A stretch of 20,275 bases of DNA from Bdellovibrionales bacterium (GTDB lineage: Bacteria; Bdellovibrionota; Bdellovibrionia; Bdellovibrionales; UBA840), in assembly GCA_037969075.1 (NCBI GenBank), contig JBBKWS010000146.1:1-20275 (forward strand). The letters are read 5' to 3'. Positions 1 through 8,630 of this stretch are shown here, one piece after another. Positions within the stretch are counted from its first letter, which is position 1. Each line of letters opens with the position of its first letter. The notes beneath the pieces were generated by a model. That model was given only the letters and a program-made list of their open reading frames with translations. It did not search any database and was not told where the DNA came from. The position numbers were made by a program, and so were the translations under genes.

Positions 1-654
1 ATGCCACAAGTAAGCTCTACACTAGATCAAGAAATACCCAAGAATAAAACTATAGAGCAAAGATTGCGATTAGCTGGCGAAGTGTTCACTCTATATATAC
101 AGGCAGCTACCTTTTTAATAGAGGGTAATTTTTCTCACGGAGATATTACGCTAAGTAATATCGGCAGACTATCAGACGGTAGCCTACGAATCTTTGATTT
201 CGATAGTTTTCAAAGAGTAGGAAATATGTCCACCCTATTACTCTCTAATAACAATGCCCCAGAGCTTATAGTAAATGGTCGAACCAGCATCATGAGTGAC
301 ATGTACAATATGGGATCTAGCTTGTTTCAAATACTGAGCGGTGTAGAGCATAACCCCACTATAACAAAGCAACAGGTATTAAAACATTTTCAAAACATGC
401 ATGATCAAAGATCTAATGTGTCCAGCGAAATAAATTTAGCCACGCTCGAACTCTTTATTTTCGCAAGCCTTGAGAATAACCCAGTGGAGAGACGGCAAAA
501 AATGATCGAAGCTCTGCAGGTTCTACAGAGCAACACTTCACTTTCTATTCCAACAAGAAGAACGATGCATAACCTACTTACTACTCTCGAAAAAACACGA
601 GTGAGAAGTGGTGTTTTACATAGTTTTGGACTATTTTGCCGCGATCTTTTTTAG
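1..654 (+). CDS. Protein kinase-like domain protein, C-lobe only (probably 5'-truncated by the window edge)
   Basis: Catalytic loop HGDITLSN (HxDxxxxN), DFD in place of DFG, APE, and SDMYNMG (subdomain IX), in the expected order. No Gly-rich loop or VAIK N-lobe lies within the ORF. Confidence 0.75.
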   Translation: MPQVSSTLDQEIPKNKTIEQRLRLAGEVFTLYIQAATFLIEGNFSHGDITLSNIGRLSDGSLRIFDFDSFQRVGNMSTLLLSNNNAPELIVNGRTSIMSDMYNMGSSLFQILSGVEHNPTITKQQVLKHFQNMHDQRSNVSSEINLATLELFIFASLENNPVERRQKMIEALQVLQSNTSLSIPTRRTMHNLLTTLEKTRVRSGVLHSFGLFCRDLF

Positions 655-718
655 CCGCTAATCATCAATTTTTTATCAAAAATGGTGAAAACCGCAATGT
701 TTCCATTTTCACCAAAAA

Positions 719-734
719 GCACAACATATAGTAA
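719..734. promoter_or_regulatory. NrdR box 1
   Basis: GCACAACATATAGTAA matches the consensus acaCwAtATaTwGtgt and lies upstream of nrdBA. Confidence 0.85.
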
Positions 735-750
735 AGTCTAGTTTTTAAAC

Positions 751-766
751 ACACTAGATGTAGTGG
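751..766. promoter_or_regulatory. NrdR box 2
   Basis: ACACTAGATGTAGTGG matches the NrdR consensus. It starts 32 bp after box 1, the typical tandem spacing. Confidence 0.88.
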
Positions 767-778
767 TGACACAAGACC

Positions 779-806
779 CCACAGCCTTTTCCACAGACTT
801 TTCCAG
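779..806 (+). repeat. 12-bp-period tandem repeat containing a DnaA-box match (TTTTCCACA, 787-795)
   Basis: CCACAGCCTTTT-CCACAGACTTTT-CCAG. TTTTCCACA fits TTWTNCACA. Confidence 0.55.
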
Positions 807-1026
807 TCAATGCGATTTTTTAAGCAAGCAGCGTAATTTTTCGTAAACGAACTCTTTTCAAGTACTTAGCTTTAAAGGCGTAGTGAAGCGGCAAATTACC
901 TTAATTTTTATCCGAAATTTTCTTTGCCAGTTTCCCATTCTGTTGGTTTGCTGGGTACAGATCATTTTCTAAAAGATGAAAACACTAAACAATTAGAAGT
1001 TACACGGATGTTAAAGGGGAAGTAGT

Positions 1027-2004
1027 ATGGAGACAACTCGCGAAGAGTTTCTATTAAAGGCCAATCCAAATCGTTTTGTTTTATTTCCGATACAACACGA
1101 CGAAATTTGGAATATGTATAAAAAAGCTGAGGCATGTTTTTGGACTGCCGAGGAGATCGATTTATCACCGGATCTTCTAGACTGGCAAAAATTAACTGAC
1201 AATGAAAAACATTTCATCAAGCATGTGTTGGCATTTTTTGCCGCGAGCGATGGAATCGTAAATGAAAATTTAGCTACAAACTTCATTAATGAAGTACAAA
1301 TCCCTGAAGCTAGATGTTTTTATGGATTTCAAATCGCTATTGAGAACATTCACGCCGAAACATACAGTTTATTGATTGATACTTACATCAAAGACTCTCA
1401 GGAAAAGGCTGGCTTATTTAACGCTCTTGAAACAGTACCTGCTGTTCGTAAAAAAGCTGACTGGGCACTACGTTGGATCAATAACTCTGACTCTTTTGCT
1501 GAAAGACTCGTGGCTTTTGCTGCAGTTGAAGGTATCTTTTTCTCTGGTAGTTTTTGTTCTATCTATTGGCTTAAAAAACGTGGGTTGATGCCAGGTTTGA
1601 CTTTCTCTAATGAGTTAATCAGTCGTGATGAGGGTCTGCATTGTGACTTTGCTTGCCTGCTATATACTCAGCTTGCAAATAAATTAGATGAAAAAACCAT
1701 TCACGACATTATTAAAGATGCGGTTGAAATCGAAAAAGAATTTATCACTGATGCTATCCCCGTTTCATTGATCGGGATGAATGCGCAGATGATGTCAGCA
1801 TATATCGAGTTCGTTGCCGACAGACTTCTGGTGTCTTTAGGTTATTCTAAAGTTTATAACACTCAAAATCCATTTGATTGGATGGAGTTGATTTCTCTAC
1901 AAGGTAAAACAAATTTCTTTGAAAAGCGTGTATCAGAATATCAAAAATCTGGTGTAATGGGCGACAAAGATTCTAGAAAATTTTCAATGGATGCGGAGTT
2001 TTAA
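1027..2004 (+). CDS. nrdB: Ribonucleoside-diphosphate reductase class Ia beta (R2) subunit
   Basis: [29 protein letters not shown] (radical Tyr), [36 protein letters not shown] upstream. Confidence 0.98.
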   Translation: METTREEFLLKANPNRFVLFPIQHDEIWNMYKKAEACFWTAEEIDLSPDLLDWQKLTDNEKHFIKHVLAFFAASDGIVNENLATNFINEVQIPEARCFYGFQIAIENIHAETYSLLIDTYIKDSQEKAGLFNALETVPAVRKKADWALRWINNSDSFAERLVAFAAVEGIFFSGSFCSIYWLKKRGLMPGLTFSNELISRDEGLHCDFACLLYTQLANKLDEKTIHDIIKDAVEIEKEFITDAIPVSLIGMNAQMMSAYIEFVADRLLVSLGYSKVYNTQNPFDWMELISLQGKTNFFEKRVSEYQKSGVMGDKDSRKFSMDAEF

Positions 2005-4362
2005 ATGTTTGTAATTAAGCGTAATGGAAAAAAAGAAACTGTAAAATTTGATAAAATCACAGCGCGTATCGCTAAACTTTGTTATGGTCTTGAGCCTGCG
2101 TTTGTAGACTCTGTAGAGATCGCTAAAAAAGTAATTACTGGTGTATATGACGGGGTAACCACTTCAGAGCTAGACAATCTAGCAGCTGAGACAGCTGCCT
2201 ATATGACAACTGTTCATCCTGATTATGCAAAGCTTGCCGCAAGAATAGCTGTTTCAAACTTACACAAAGTAACTAACAAATCTTTTTCAGAAAATATCGA
2301 GGCTATGCATAAATATGTAGATCCTCGTACGGGCGAAAAAGCATCTCTAATCGATAAATCTATCTATGACATTATCATGAAAAATGCCGACGTCTTAGAC
2401 GGAGCAATTATTTATGATCGTGATTATGAGTATGATTACTTTGGATTTAGAACCCTAGAGAGATCTTATCTGCTACGTATGCACGGAAAAGTTGTAGAGC
2501 GCCCACAACAAATGTTGATGCGTGTTGCGATTGGCATACACAGCAATGACATCGATGCCGCGATAAACACATACAACTTGCTTTCTGAAAAATGGTTTAC
2601 ACATGCGACTCCAACTTTGTTTAATGCTGGAACCCCTAAACCACAGCTTTCATCTTGTTTCTTGTTAACTATGAAAGAGGATAGTATTTCTGGTATTTAC
2701 GATACCTTAAAACAATGCGCTGAAATTTCTCAAACTGCAGGTGGTATCGGACTTAGTATACATGACATCCGCGCAACAGGAAGTTACATAAAAGGAACCA
2801 ATGGCACTTCAAACGGTATCGTTCCGATGCTTAGAGTATTCAATGATACGGCTAGATATGTTGATCAGGGTGGCGGCAAGCGTAAGGGTTCATTTGCGAT
2901 TTACTTAGAGCCATGGCACGCAGACGTATTTGACTTTTTAGATCTAAAGAAAAATCATGGAAAAGAAGAACAACGCGCTAGAGATTTATTTTATGCGCTT
3001 TGGATTTCTGATCTCTTTATGGAAAGAGTTGAAGCCGATTCGACCTGGTCTTTATTTTGTCCGCATGAAGCTCCTGGATTGTCTGATTGCTGGGGTAAAG
3101 AATTTAACGAGCTATACACCAAATATGAAACAGAAGGAAAGGCTCGTAAAACAATTCGCGCCCGCGACCTTTGGTTTGCCATTATCGAATCACAAGTAGA
3201 AACTGGTACGCCTTACATGCTTTACAAAGACGCTGCCAATAGCAAATCTAACCAACAAAACTTGGGTACGATTAAATCTAGTAACCTTTGTACTGAAATT
3301 TTAGAGTACACGGCACCAGACGAAGTAGCGGTTTGTAATCTGGCGTCTATCAACTTAAGTAAGTTTGTTGAGGATGGAAAATTTAATTTTGATAAACTAT
3401 TTGAAATTTCTCAAACAGTTACTAAAAATTTAAACCGTATCATCGATATCAATTACTATCCGGTAAAAGAGGCTAAAAAATCGAACACTCGCCACCGTCC
3501 AATTGGCATTGGTGTTCAAGGCCTGGCTGATGCATTTATGATGTTAAAGCTGCCGTTTGAAAGCGATGAAGCCAGACAATTAAATCGTGATGTTTTTGAA
3601 TGTATTTACTTTGCAGCACTTACTTCGTCTAAAGAACTTGCTAAAAAAGATGGACCTTATGAAACGTTCCCTGGTTCACCATCTAGCAAAGGCATCTTGC
3701 AGTTTGATATGTGGGGCGTAAAACCTAGTACACGTTGGGATTGGGCAGGGCTTAAAGAAGAGATCAAAAAGTATGGAATCAGAAATTCTTTACTTTTAGC
3801 TCCTATGCCAACAGCTTCTACGGCGCAAATTTTAGGTAACAATGAAAGCTTTGAGCCATACACTAGTAACATCTATACTAGACGCGTACTATCTGGTGAG
3901 TTTGCTATTGTAAACAAACACTTATTGAAAGAACTTGTAGACTTAAATCTTTGGAACGACGACTTAAAACAAGAAATCGTTGCGGCCAATGGATCGATTC
4001 AAAATATCGAAAATATCCCACAGAATCTTAAGGATATTTATAAGACTGTTTGGGAAATTAGCCAAAAAGCGATCATTGATATGTCAGCTGATAGAGGGGC
4101 ATTTATCTGTCAAAGCCAAAGTTTAAACGTGCATTTGGCTAAACCTGATTTTGCTAAGATGAGCTCTATGCATTTTTATGCCTGGAAGAAAGGCCTAAAA
4201 ACCGGCATGTACTACTTGCGCTCGCAAGGTGCTGCCGAAGCCATTAAGTTTACTGTAGATAAATCTAAAAAAGAAAAGCCTGTTGTTATTAAAGAACAGG
4301 CCGAAGCGGACTTAGCTTGTTCTATAGATAATCCTGAAGATTGTATGGCATGCGGCAGTTAA
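2005..4362 (+). CDS. nrdA: Ribonucleoside-diphosphate reductase class Ia alpha (R1) subunit with N-terminal ATP cone
   Basis: ATP cone (VIKRNG..FDKI), [13 protein letters not shown] (thiyl Cys), VCNLAS, GMYYLR, C-terminal CMACGS. The ATG directly follows the nrdB TAA, with GGAG upstream. Confidence 0.98.
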   Translation: MFVIKRNGKKETVKFDKITARIAKLCYGLEPAFVDSVEIAKKVITGVYDGVTTSELDNLAAETAAYMTTVHPDYAKLAARIAVSNLHKVTNKSFSENIEAMHKYVDPRTGEKASLIDKSIYDIIMKNADVLDGAIIYDRDYEYDYFGFRTLERSYLLRMHGKVVERPQQMLMRVAIGIHSNDIDAAINTYNLLSEKWFTHATPTLFNAGTPKPQLSSCFLLTMKEDSISGIYDTLKQCAEISQTAGGIGLSIHDIRATGSYIKGTNGTSNGIVPMLRVFNDTARYVDQGGGKRKGSFAIYLEPWHADVFDFLDLKKNHGKEEQRARDLFYALWISDLFMERVEADSTWSLFCPHEAPGLSDCWGKEFNELYTKYETEGKARKTIRARDLWFAIIESQVETGTPYMLYKDAANSKSNQQNLGTIKSSNLCTEILEYTAPDEVAVCNLASINLSKFVEDGKFNFDKLFEISQTVTKNLNRIIDINYYPVKEAKKSNTRHRPIGIGVQGLADAFMMLKLPFESDEARQLNRDVFECIYFAALTSSKELAKKDGPYETFPGSPSSKGILQFDMWGVKPSTRWDWAGLKEEIKKYGIRNSLLLAPMPTASTAQILGNNESFEPYTSNIYTRRVLSGEFAIVNKHLLKELVDLNLWNDDLKQEIVAANGSIQNIENIPQNLKDIYKTVWEISQKAIIDMSADRGAFICQSQSLNVHLAKPDFAKMSSMHFYAWKKGLKTGMYYLRSQGAAEAIKFTVDKSKKEKPVVIKEQAEADLACSIDNPEDCMACGS

Positions 4363-4381
4363 GTATTTGAGACTTAGCATT

Positions 4382-4413
4382 AAAAACCTAGCAGTAAAAT
4401 GCTAGGTTTTTTT
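4382..4413. terminator. Bidirectional intrinsic terminator between convergent nrdA and dipeptidase genes
   Basis: AAAAACCTAGCA-gtaaaa-TGCTAGGTTTTTTT, with a T tract on each strand. Confidence 0.85.
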
Positions 4414-4422
4414 ATGTCTGCT

Positions 4423-5580
4423 CTACGGAAGATTTTCTAATAAAAATGCTTGCTGATTTAAACCCATAATTTTTTCTATGGTTCCTGATTTTAGTCCTCT
4501 ATCTATTAGCTTTTGGGTAATGCGGACTAATTGGCTCGCATCCAATGGCACCGTTACAGCCCCATCAAAATCTGAACCTAAGGCTACATTATTCTCACCC
4601 AATGCTCTGACCGCATATAAAATGGCATCAGCAATGGCATCTGTAGTTTTTCCACAGACTGCTGTTTCCCAAAATCCAATACCTATTAAGCCGCCTCTGC
4701 TTACAATATCTCTTGCTAATCTATCTGGGATATTCCTTGTATTGTTGCATTGCCCTCTAAGTCCCGTGTGTGATACCACAAGCGGTTTTTTACTTAATGA
4801 TACGGTGTCTGCAATGGTTTGTTCTGAAGCGTGCGCCATATCTAATATGATACCTAGCTCATTTGCTTTTTTCACAAAATCCTCACCTAAACGCGAAAGC
4901 CCTTTTTTTTGTATACCATGGGCAGAGCCTGCCAGTTTATTATCAAAAAAATGGGTAGGTGCCATCATTCGAACTCCAGCATTAAATAGTAGTGACATTT
5001 CTTTTTCTAGATTTTTTTCAATGGCATGCCCACCCTCTAGACCTAAAATCCCAGCAACAATATTTTTATTATCTCTTCTGTTTGCCATAAAATCTAATAG
5101 TTCAGATCTAGAAGTAACTACCGTAAAACTGCCACCCGTTTCTAACTCTAAGTCGTGAAGTTTTTGGCTTTGATATAACGCTCTCTCAAATAATGAGCTC
5201 CAGGTTTTCATGGGCCACAACTGACTAATAGCGAGCAAAGTAATATTATCGCTATTAGCTAGATTAGCCTCTATATTTAAATTTTTTGGACTCTGGGTAA
5301 CTATGGTGAACATCTGTAATGCCACATTACCCTCTTGCAACCTAGGTATATCAACATGTCCACGCTTAGACCTGAGAGCTAAATTTCGTTTCCATAAAAG
5401 TGAGTCTGCGTGCATATCCGCAATAAATATATTTTTATGAAGTTGTCTTGCTTGATCAGACACAATTACTAAATCTGGCTCTATACGATTTTGCATATGC
5501 TCTATTACAAACGGAGATAATAAAAAAAATAATGATAGAATTAAGGTGAGTGAGATCAGAGTACGAGTGAACCAGTTCAT
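4423..5580 (-). CDS. Membrane (renal-type) dipeptidase, peptidase family M19, with N-terminal anchor
   Basis: DMHAD, LEG, THFFDN, DMAH, SHTG, GSDFDG motifs. Start moved to the ATG at 5580 (MNWFTR...) because it has a GAGG SD and begins a hydrophobic helix; the ORF-track start 5637 overlaps the upstream gene. Confidence 0.9.
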   Translation of the reverse strand: MNWFTRTLISLTLILSLFFLLSPFVIEHMQNRIEPDLVIVSDQARQLHKNIFIADMHADSLLWKRNLALRSKRGHVDIPRLQEGNVALQMFTIVTQSPKNLNIEANLANSDNITLLAISQLWPMKTWSSLFERALYQSQKLHDLELETGGSFTVVTSRSELLDFMANRRDNKNIVAGILGLEGGHAIEKNLEKEMSLLFNAGVRMMAPTHFFDNKLAGSAHGIQKKGLSRLGEDFVKKANELGIILDMAHASEQTIADTVSLSKKPLVVSHTGLRGQCNNTRNIPDRLARDIVSRGGLIGIGFWETAVCGKTTDAIADAILYAVRALGENNVALGSDFDGAVTVPLDASQLVRITQKLIDRGLKSGTIEKIMGLNQQAFLLENLP

Positions 5581-5582
5581 TA

Positions 5583-6158
5583 TTACCTCATTTGATACGT
5601 AGTATTCATCAATGCCGAAATATGCTTGGCAGCCCACTCATCTTTTGTAATCGCAAAAACCTCTGCATCTATCCATTTTTCATCCCACAAAAAGCATTGC
5701 TTCCTTGTCCCCTCTAGTCTTAGCCCAAGCGTTTGTAGTACTTGCTTTGAAATTTTAGTGTGTATTGTATAGAGTAATTCTAAACGATGGAGAGATAGAT
5801 CATTAAAACCAATATCCATCATAGCAGCAAATGACTCAATGACTACTTGGTCACCTATCTGTTTTTGGTTGCTTGCTAGACCAATAAAAGCTGACTGATA
5901 CTGCTCTCTTATAATTTCTGTAATCATCACTGTGCCAATAATTTTTTCGCCATTTTTTTGCACTATGGCCATGTGATATGCTTTATCGGCTTTTTGCTGC
6001 TCGCGGCTCATTTGTAAAAGCTTAATAAAATCTTTCTCTTCTGCCTCAAAAACGCTTTTTACCCATAGATCTTTATCATTCTTAGCATAAGGTCTAATTA
6101 AATATGCAGCCGTTTCTCTCTCTAAATTTTTTGCGCTTTTTTTATCCACACTTCTCAC
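5583..6158 (-). CDS. GNAT acetyltransferase, RimJ/RimL family
   Basis: YLIRP, IIGTV..TEIIREQYQSAFIG, GFNDLSLHRLEL, LGLRLEG..KQ....DEKWIDAEVFAIT. GTG start uncertain. Confidence 0.8.
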   Translation of the reverse strand: MRSVDKKSAKNLERETAAYLIRPYAKNDKDLWVKSVFEAEEKDFIKLLQMSREQQKADKAYHMAIVQKNGEKIIGTVMITEIIREQYQSAFIGLASNQKQIGDQVVIESFAAMMDIGFNDLSLHRLELLYTIHTKISKQVLQTLGLRLEGTRKQCFLWDEKWIDAEVFAITKDEWAAKHISALMNTTYQMR

Positions 6159-6167
6159 CGAAAAAGA

Positions 6168-6195
6168 TTGATCCTGTCTTAATTGTAACTACACT
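6168..6195 (+). promoter_or_regulatory. Putative sigma70 promoter for a leaderless mRNA (NTF2 gene)
   Basis: TTGATC-16 nt-TACACT, then 6 nt to ATG 6202. No SD sequence. Confidence 0.55.
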
Positions 6196-6201
6196 ACTTA
6201 C

Positions 6202-6699
6202 ATGAAAACAATATTCTTTAGTTTATTATTACTGTATACTCCACTTATGGCAAACACAGACTTACAACAGCAAAGATCGCAGCGGATTGAATCTATTTTT
6301 AACGGCCTAAACAAAGATACAATGCACTTAGTAGGTGAATTCTACGACGCAAACGTTGAATTTCAAGACCCAGTGGGAAAAATAAAAGGCGCTGAAGGTA
6401 TTCGTAAGTACTACGAAAATATGTATAAAAATGTTTCTGCCATAAATTTCGTATTTACTAAAGAAGTGATCGACCAAGACACGCATGTTGTCTTTTGGAC
6501 TATGCATCTTATAGCTAAAGGTCTAAACAGTGGAAAACCCGTCAGTGTTGATGGCAATTCTCATATTACTTTTGGTGGAAATGATGGCAAGGCCATATAC
6601 CATAGAGATTATTTTGATATGGGTGAATTCATTTACGAACACATTCCGGTGCTAGGCTTTGTTGTTAAAAAAGTAAAATCCCAACTAGAGCATAAATAG
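6202..6699 (+). CDS. NTF2/SnoaL-like fold protein with signal peptide
   Basis: FYDANVEFQDP...IKGAEGIRKYY, WTMHL, DGNSHI, YHRDYFDMGEFIYEHIPVLG are typical of the NTF2-family proteins of cfa clusters. Confidence 0.85.
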   Translation: MKTIFFSLLLLYTPLMANTDLQQQRSQRIESIFNGLNKDTMHLVGEFYDANVEFQDPVGKIKGAEGIRKYYENMYKNVSAINFVFTKEVIDQDTHVVFWTMHLIAKGLNSGKPVSVDGNSHITFGGNDGKAIYHRDYFDMGEFIYEHIPVLGFVVKKVKSQLEHK

Positions 6700-6700
6700 T

Positions 6701-7495
6701 ATGAGCTTAGATACGTTTGAATTATTATTAGCGGGTTTTGGGTACGCTTTTATATGGATGACTTTCTTATGGGTACTACACCTAGTCTTAAAGAATGCAG
6801 CAATTATAGATGTGGGTTGGCCCATCTGTTTACTTATCTATGCTTTCGTATATGCCACTAAAACTACTGATATTTCTATACCTGAAACCATTTTGCTTTT
6901 TGTAGTTGGCCTTTGGGCAATCAGACTTTCTACCTATCTATTTGTAGATAGGATCTTTAAAAAGCCCGAAGAAGGAAGATACACCCACTTAAGAGAAATT
7001 TGGAAAACCAATGTCCCTCTTAAATTTTTCTTTTTTTATCACGCCCAAACTATACTTAATATATTTTTATCAATCCCATTCTTGTTAATTTCTGTTGAGC
7101 GTAATCACACTGAGTGGCCACTTATTGTAGGCGCTCTTATTTCTATACTTGGTATTGTTGGTGAAACAACGGCTGACCTACAGCTCAAGCTGTTTAAAAT
7201 TAATCCTTCTAATAAAGGTAAGATTTGTAGAATCGGCTTATGGAATTATTCAAGACATCCAAACTACTTCTTTGAGTTTGTTTACTGGCTTGGATTGGGA
7301 TTTATGGCGCAATCTGCAGAATATGGTTATATTGCATGGATCGCTCCTGCCTTAATAATCGGCACTTTGTTTAAAGTGACGGGAATTCCTGCAACCGAAG
7401 CCCACGCTCTCAAATCCCGCGGAGATGCATATAAGCAGTATATGAATGAGGTTAGTCGCTTTTTTCCTATGCCTTCAAAAGGGAACAAGCAGTAG
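6701..7495 (+). CDS. DUF1295 / steroid 5-alpha-reductase-like membrane protein
   Basis: NAAIIDVGW, WAIRL, EEGRY, ETTADLQL..FK, GLWNYSRHPNYFFE, TGIPATE, Y..Y...VSRFFP. Confidence 0.92.
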   Translation: MSLDTFELLLAGFGYAFIWMTFLWVLHLVLKNAAIIDVGWPICLLIYAFVYATKTTDISIPETILLFVVGLWAIRLSTYLFVDRIFKKPEEGRYTHLREIWKTNVPLKFFFFYHAQTILNIFLSIPFLLISVERNHTEWPLIVGALISILGIVGETTADLQLKLFKINPSNKGKICRIGLWNYSRHPNYFFEFVYWLGLGFMAQSAEYGYIAWIAPALIIGTLFKVTGIPATEAHALKSRGDAYKQYMNEVSRFFPMPSKGNKQ

Positions 7496-7518
7496 CCACA
7501 AAAGGGAACAAACATTAA
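7471..7518 (+). repeat. Imperfect tandem duplication of the DUF1295 3' end
   Basis: CAAAAGGGAACAA occurs at 7476-7488 and 7499-7511, each followed by a stop codon in the equivalent position (GCAGTAG and ACATTAA). Confidence 0.75.
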
Positions 7519-7654
7519 TTATACGACTTAATGATACCGGTTTTTTTCAATTTTATACATTTTCATCTCACCAGTGACACTTTGACCTCAGCAAGAGAGT
7601 TTGGTGTCGAAGCAGCTCTTTAAAAAATTGAAGAGCCTTTTAATTTACTCTCAG

Positions 7655-7671
7655 CTGGCATAGTTCATGCC
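7655..7671 (+). promoter_or_regulatory. Putative sigma54 (-24/-12) promoter
   Basis: CTGGCATAGTTCATGCC has GG(7657-58)-N10-GC(7669-70), about 45 nt before the ATG at 7716, which has SD AAAGGGGG. Confidence 0.7.
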
Positions 7672-7715
7672 TTACTGAAGTGAGAAACAACCAATAACAA
7701 CCCAAAGGGGGCAAA

Positions 7716-8447
7716 ATGAAAATGTTTAAAGCAATTTTAGTTTCAGTTTTAGCTGCAGTTATGCTTGCAGCTTGTGGTGGCGGCGGATCTGGTAGCACTT
7801 CTACTGGCGGCGTATATTACACTCATGAGCAATTAGCTAGCGAGTTCGTATACCGTTTACAAGTTGATCTTGGATATGACATCGAACTAGTTAAAGACAA
7901 TACACTACAGACGAACTACATCGTTGTTTACGATTATGATTACGGTACCTATGATGCCTATTATATCGGTAACTACAATGTTGGAGAAAATCTTTACAAC
8001 TACCTAGTTAGCAACGAAGGTCGCTTTTATTATGACCTAATTCCTGAAACTGGTAATTACTACTACGATCCATACACTGGTACACGATTTAACAAAATCG
8101 CAGCTACTGGTACTAACTTAACTACTATGAAAGCTTTCGAGCAAGAATACGCTGTTATGAAATTAGCTAAGAGCGCTGTTGCTCAGTACGGTTTGAGCGA
8201 AGAAGCTGCTGCTGACGTAGCTAGATTTTCTTACAAAATCCAAACTTCTGCTGAAGGTACTTTCAAAGTTGAAGATTTCGATAGTTTTGCTTCTGAGCTA
8301 ACTGGTTCAACAGTTACTGAGTTCCAAAATGATTTCAAAGCTGGAGATGCAGCTTCACTTGCTGATCGTATCGAGCGCGCAGCACAAGCTACTGGCATGG
8401 GTCCAGAAGCAATGAATGCATTGATCCAAGATGTATTCATGAAGTAA
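7716..8447 (+). CDS. Tyr-rich lipoprotein of unknown function
   Basis: Lipobox LAA-C20, Gly/Ser linker, Tyr/Asp/Asn-rich domain, Ala-rich helical C-terminus. Strong SD, own terminator, codon choices suggesting high expression (GCT, GGT, TAC, AAC, TTC). Confidence 0.85.
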   Translation: MKMFKAILVSVLAAVMLAACGGGGSGSTSTGGVYYTHEQLASEFVYRLQVDLGYDIELVKDNTLQTNYIVVYDYDYGTYDAYYIGNYNVGENLYNYLVSNEGRFYYDLIPETGNYYYDPYTGTRFNKIAATGTNLTTMKAFEQEYAVMKLAKSAVAQYGLSEEAAADVARFSYKIQTSAEGTFKVEDFDSFASELTGSTVTEFQNDFKAGDAASLADRIERAAQATGMGPEAMNALIQDVFMK

Positions 8448-8483
8448 TTACTTCCTAGTATTTTTACTAGATTGTAATGATCT

Positions 8484-8511
8484 AAGGGAGGCTAACAGCC
8501 TCCCTTTTTTT
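8484..8511 (+). terminator. Rho-independent terminator of the lipoprotein gene
   Basis: AAGGGAGGCT-aac-AGCCTCCCTT followed by a T tract. Confidence 0.92.
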
Positions 8512-8630
8512 ATTTTGAGCTTAGCTAAGGTGTTCCCTAAATTCATCGGCATTTATTACACAGTGGTGATTTTAGGTAACCATGTGCTGCTTTTTGGTGC
8601 TAAAAGTCCCTTAAAGCTTAGGGGGCCCCT

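Noticed and set aside
962..3872. Short alternative-frame and antisense ORFs overlapping nrdB and nrdA
   Set aside because: They overlap highly conserved genes and show no protein-like features.
1027..4362. Intein, intron or homing endonuclease in the RNR genes, or a phage origin
   Set aside because: Both genes have normal length and continuous motifs, carry host-type NrdR boxes, and have no phage genes nearby.
856..4372. Similar 14-mers flanking nrdBA in inverted orientation (reverse complement of 856-869, CTAAGTACTTGAAA, versus 4359-4372, TTAAGTATTTGAGA)
   Set aside because: Only 11 of 14 positions match in AT-rich DNA, one copy overlaps a stop codon, and there is no recombinase or target duplication.
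4478..5158. 226-aa plus-strand ORF
   Set aside because: Antisense shadow of the well-supported M19 dipeptidase, with no motifs or SD.
4903..5529. 8-nt homopolymers in the dipeptidase gene (4903-4910, 5522-5529)
   Set aside because: Expected at this AT content, and the reading frame is intact.
6142..6150. Perfect DnaA box TTATCCACA
   Set aside because: Single copy inside the probable GNAT coding start, with no cluster or oriC context. Likely chance.
7471..7518. Possible mini-CRISPR
   Set aside because: Only two 13-bp cores 10 nt apart, no spacer-sized gap and no cas genes.
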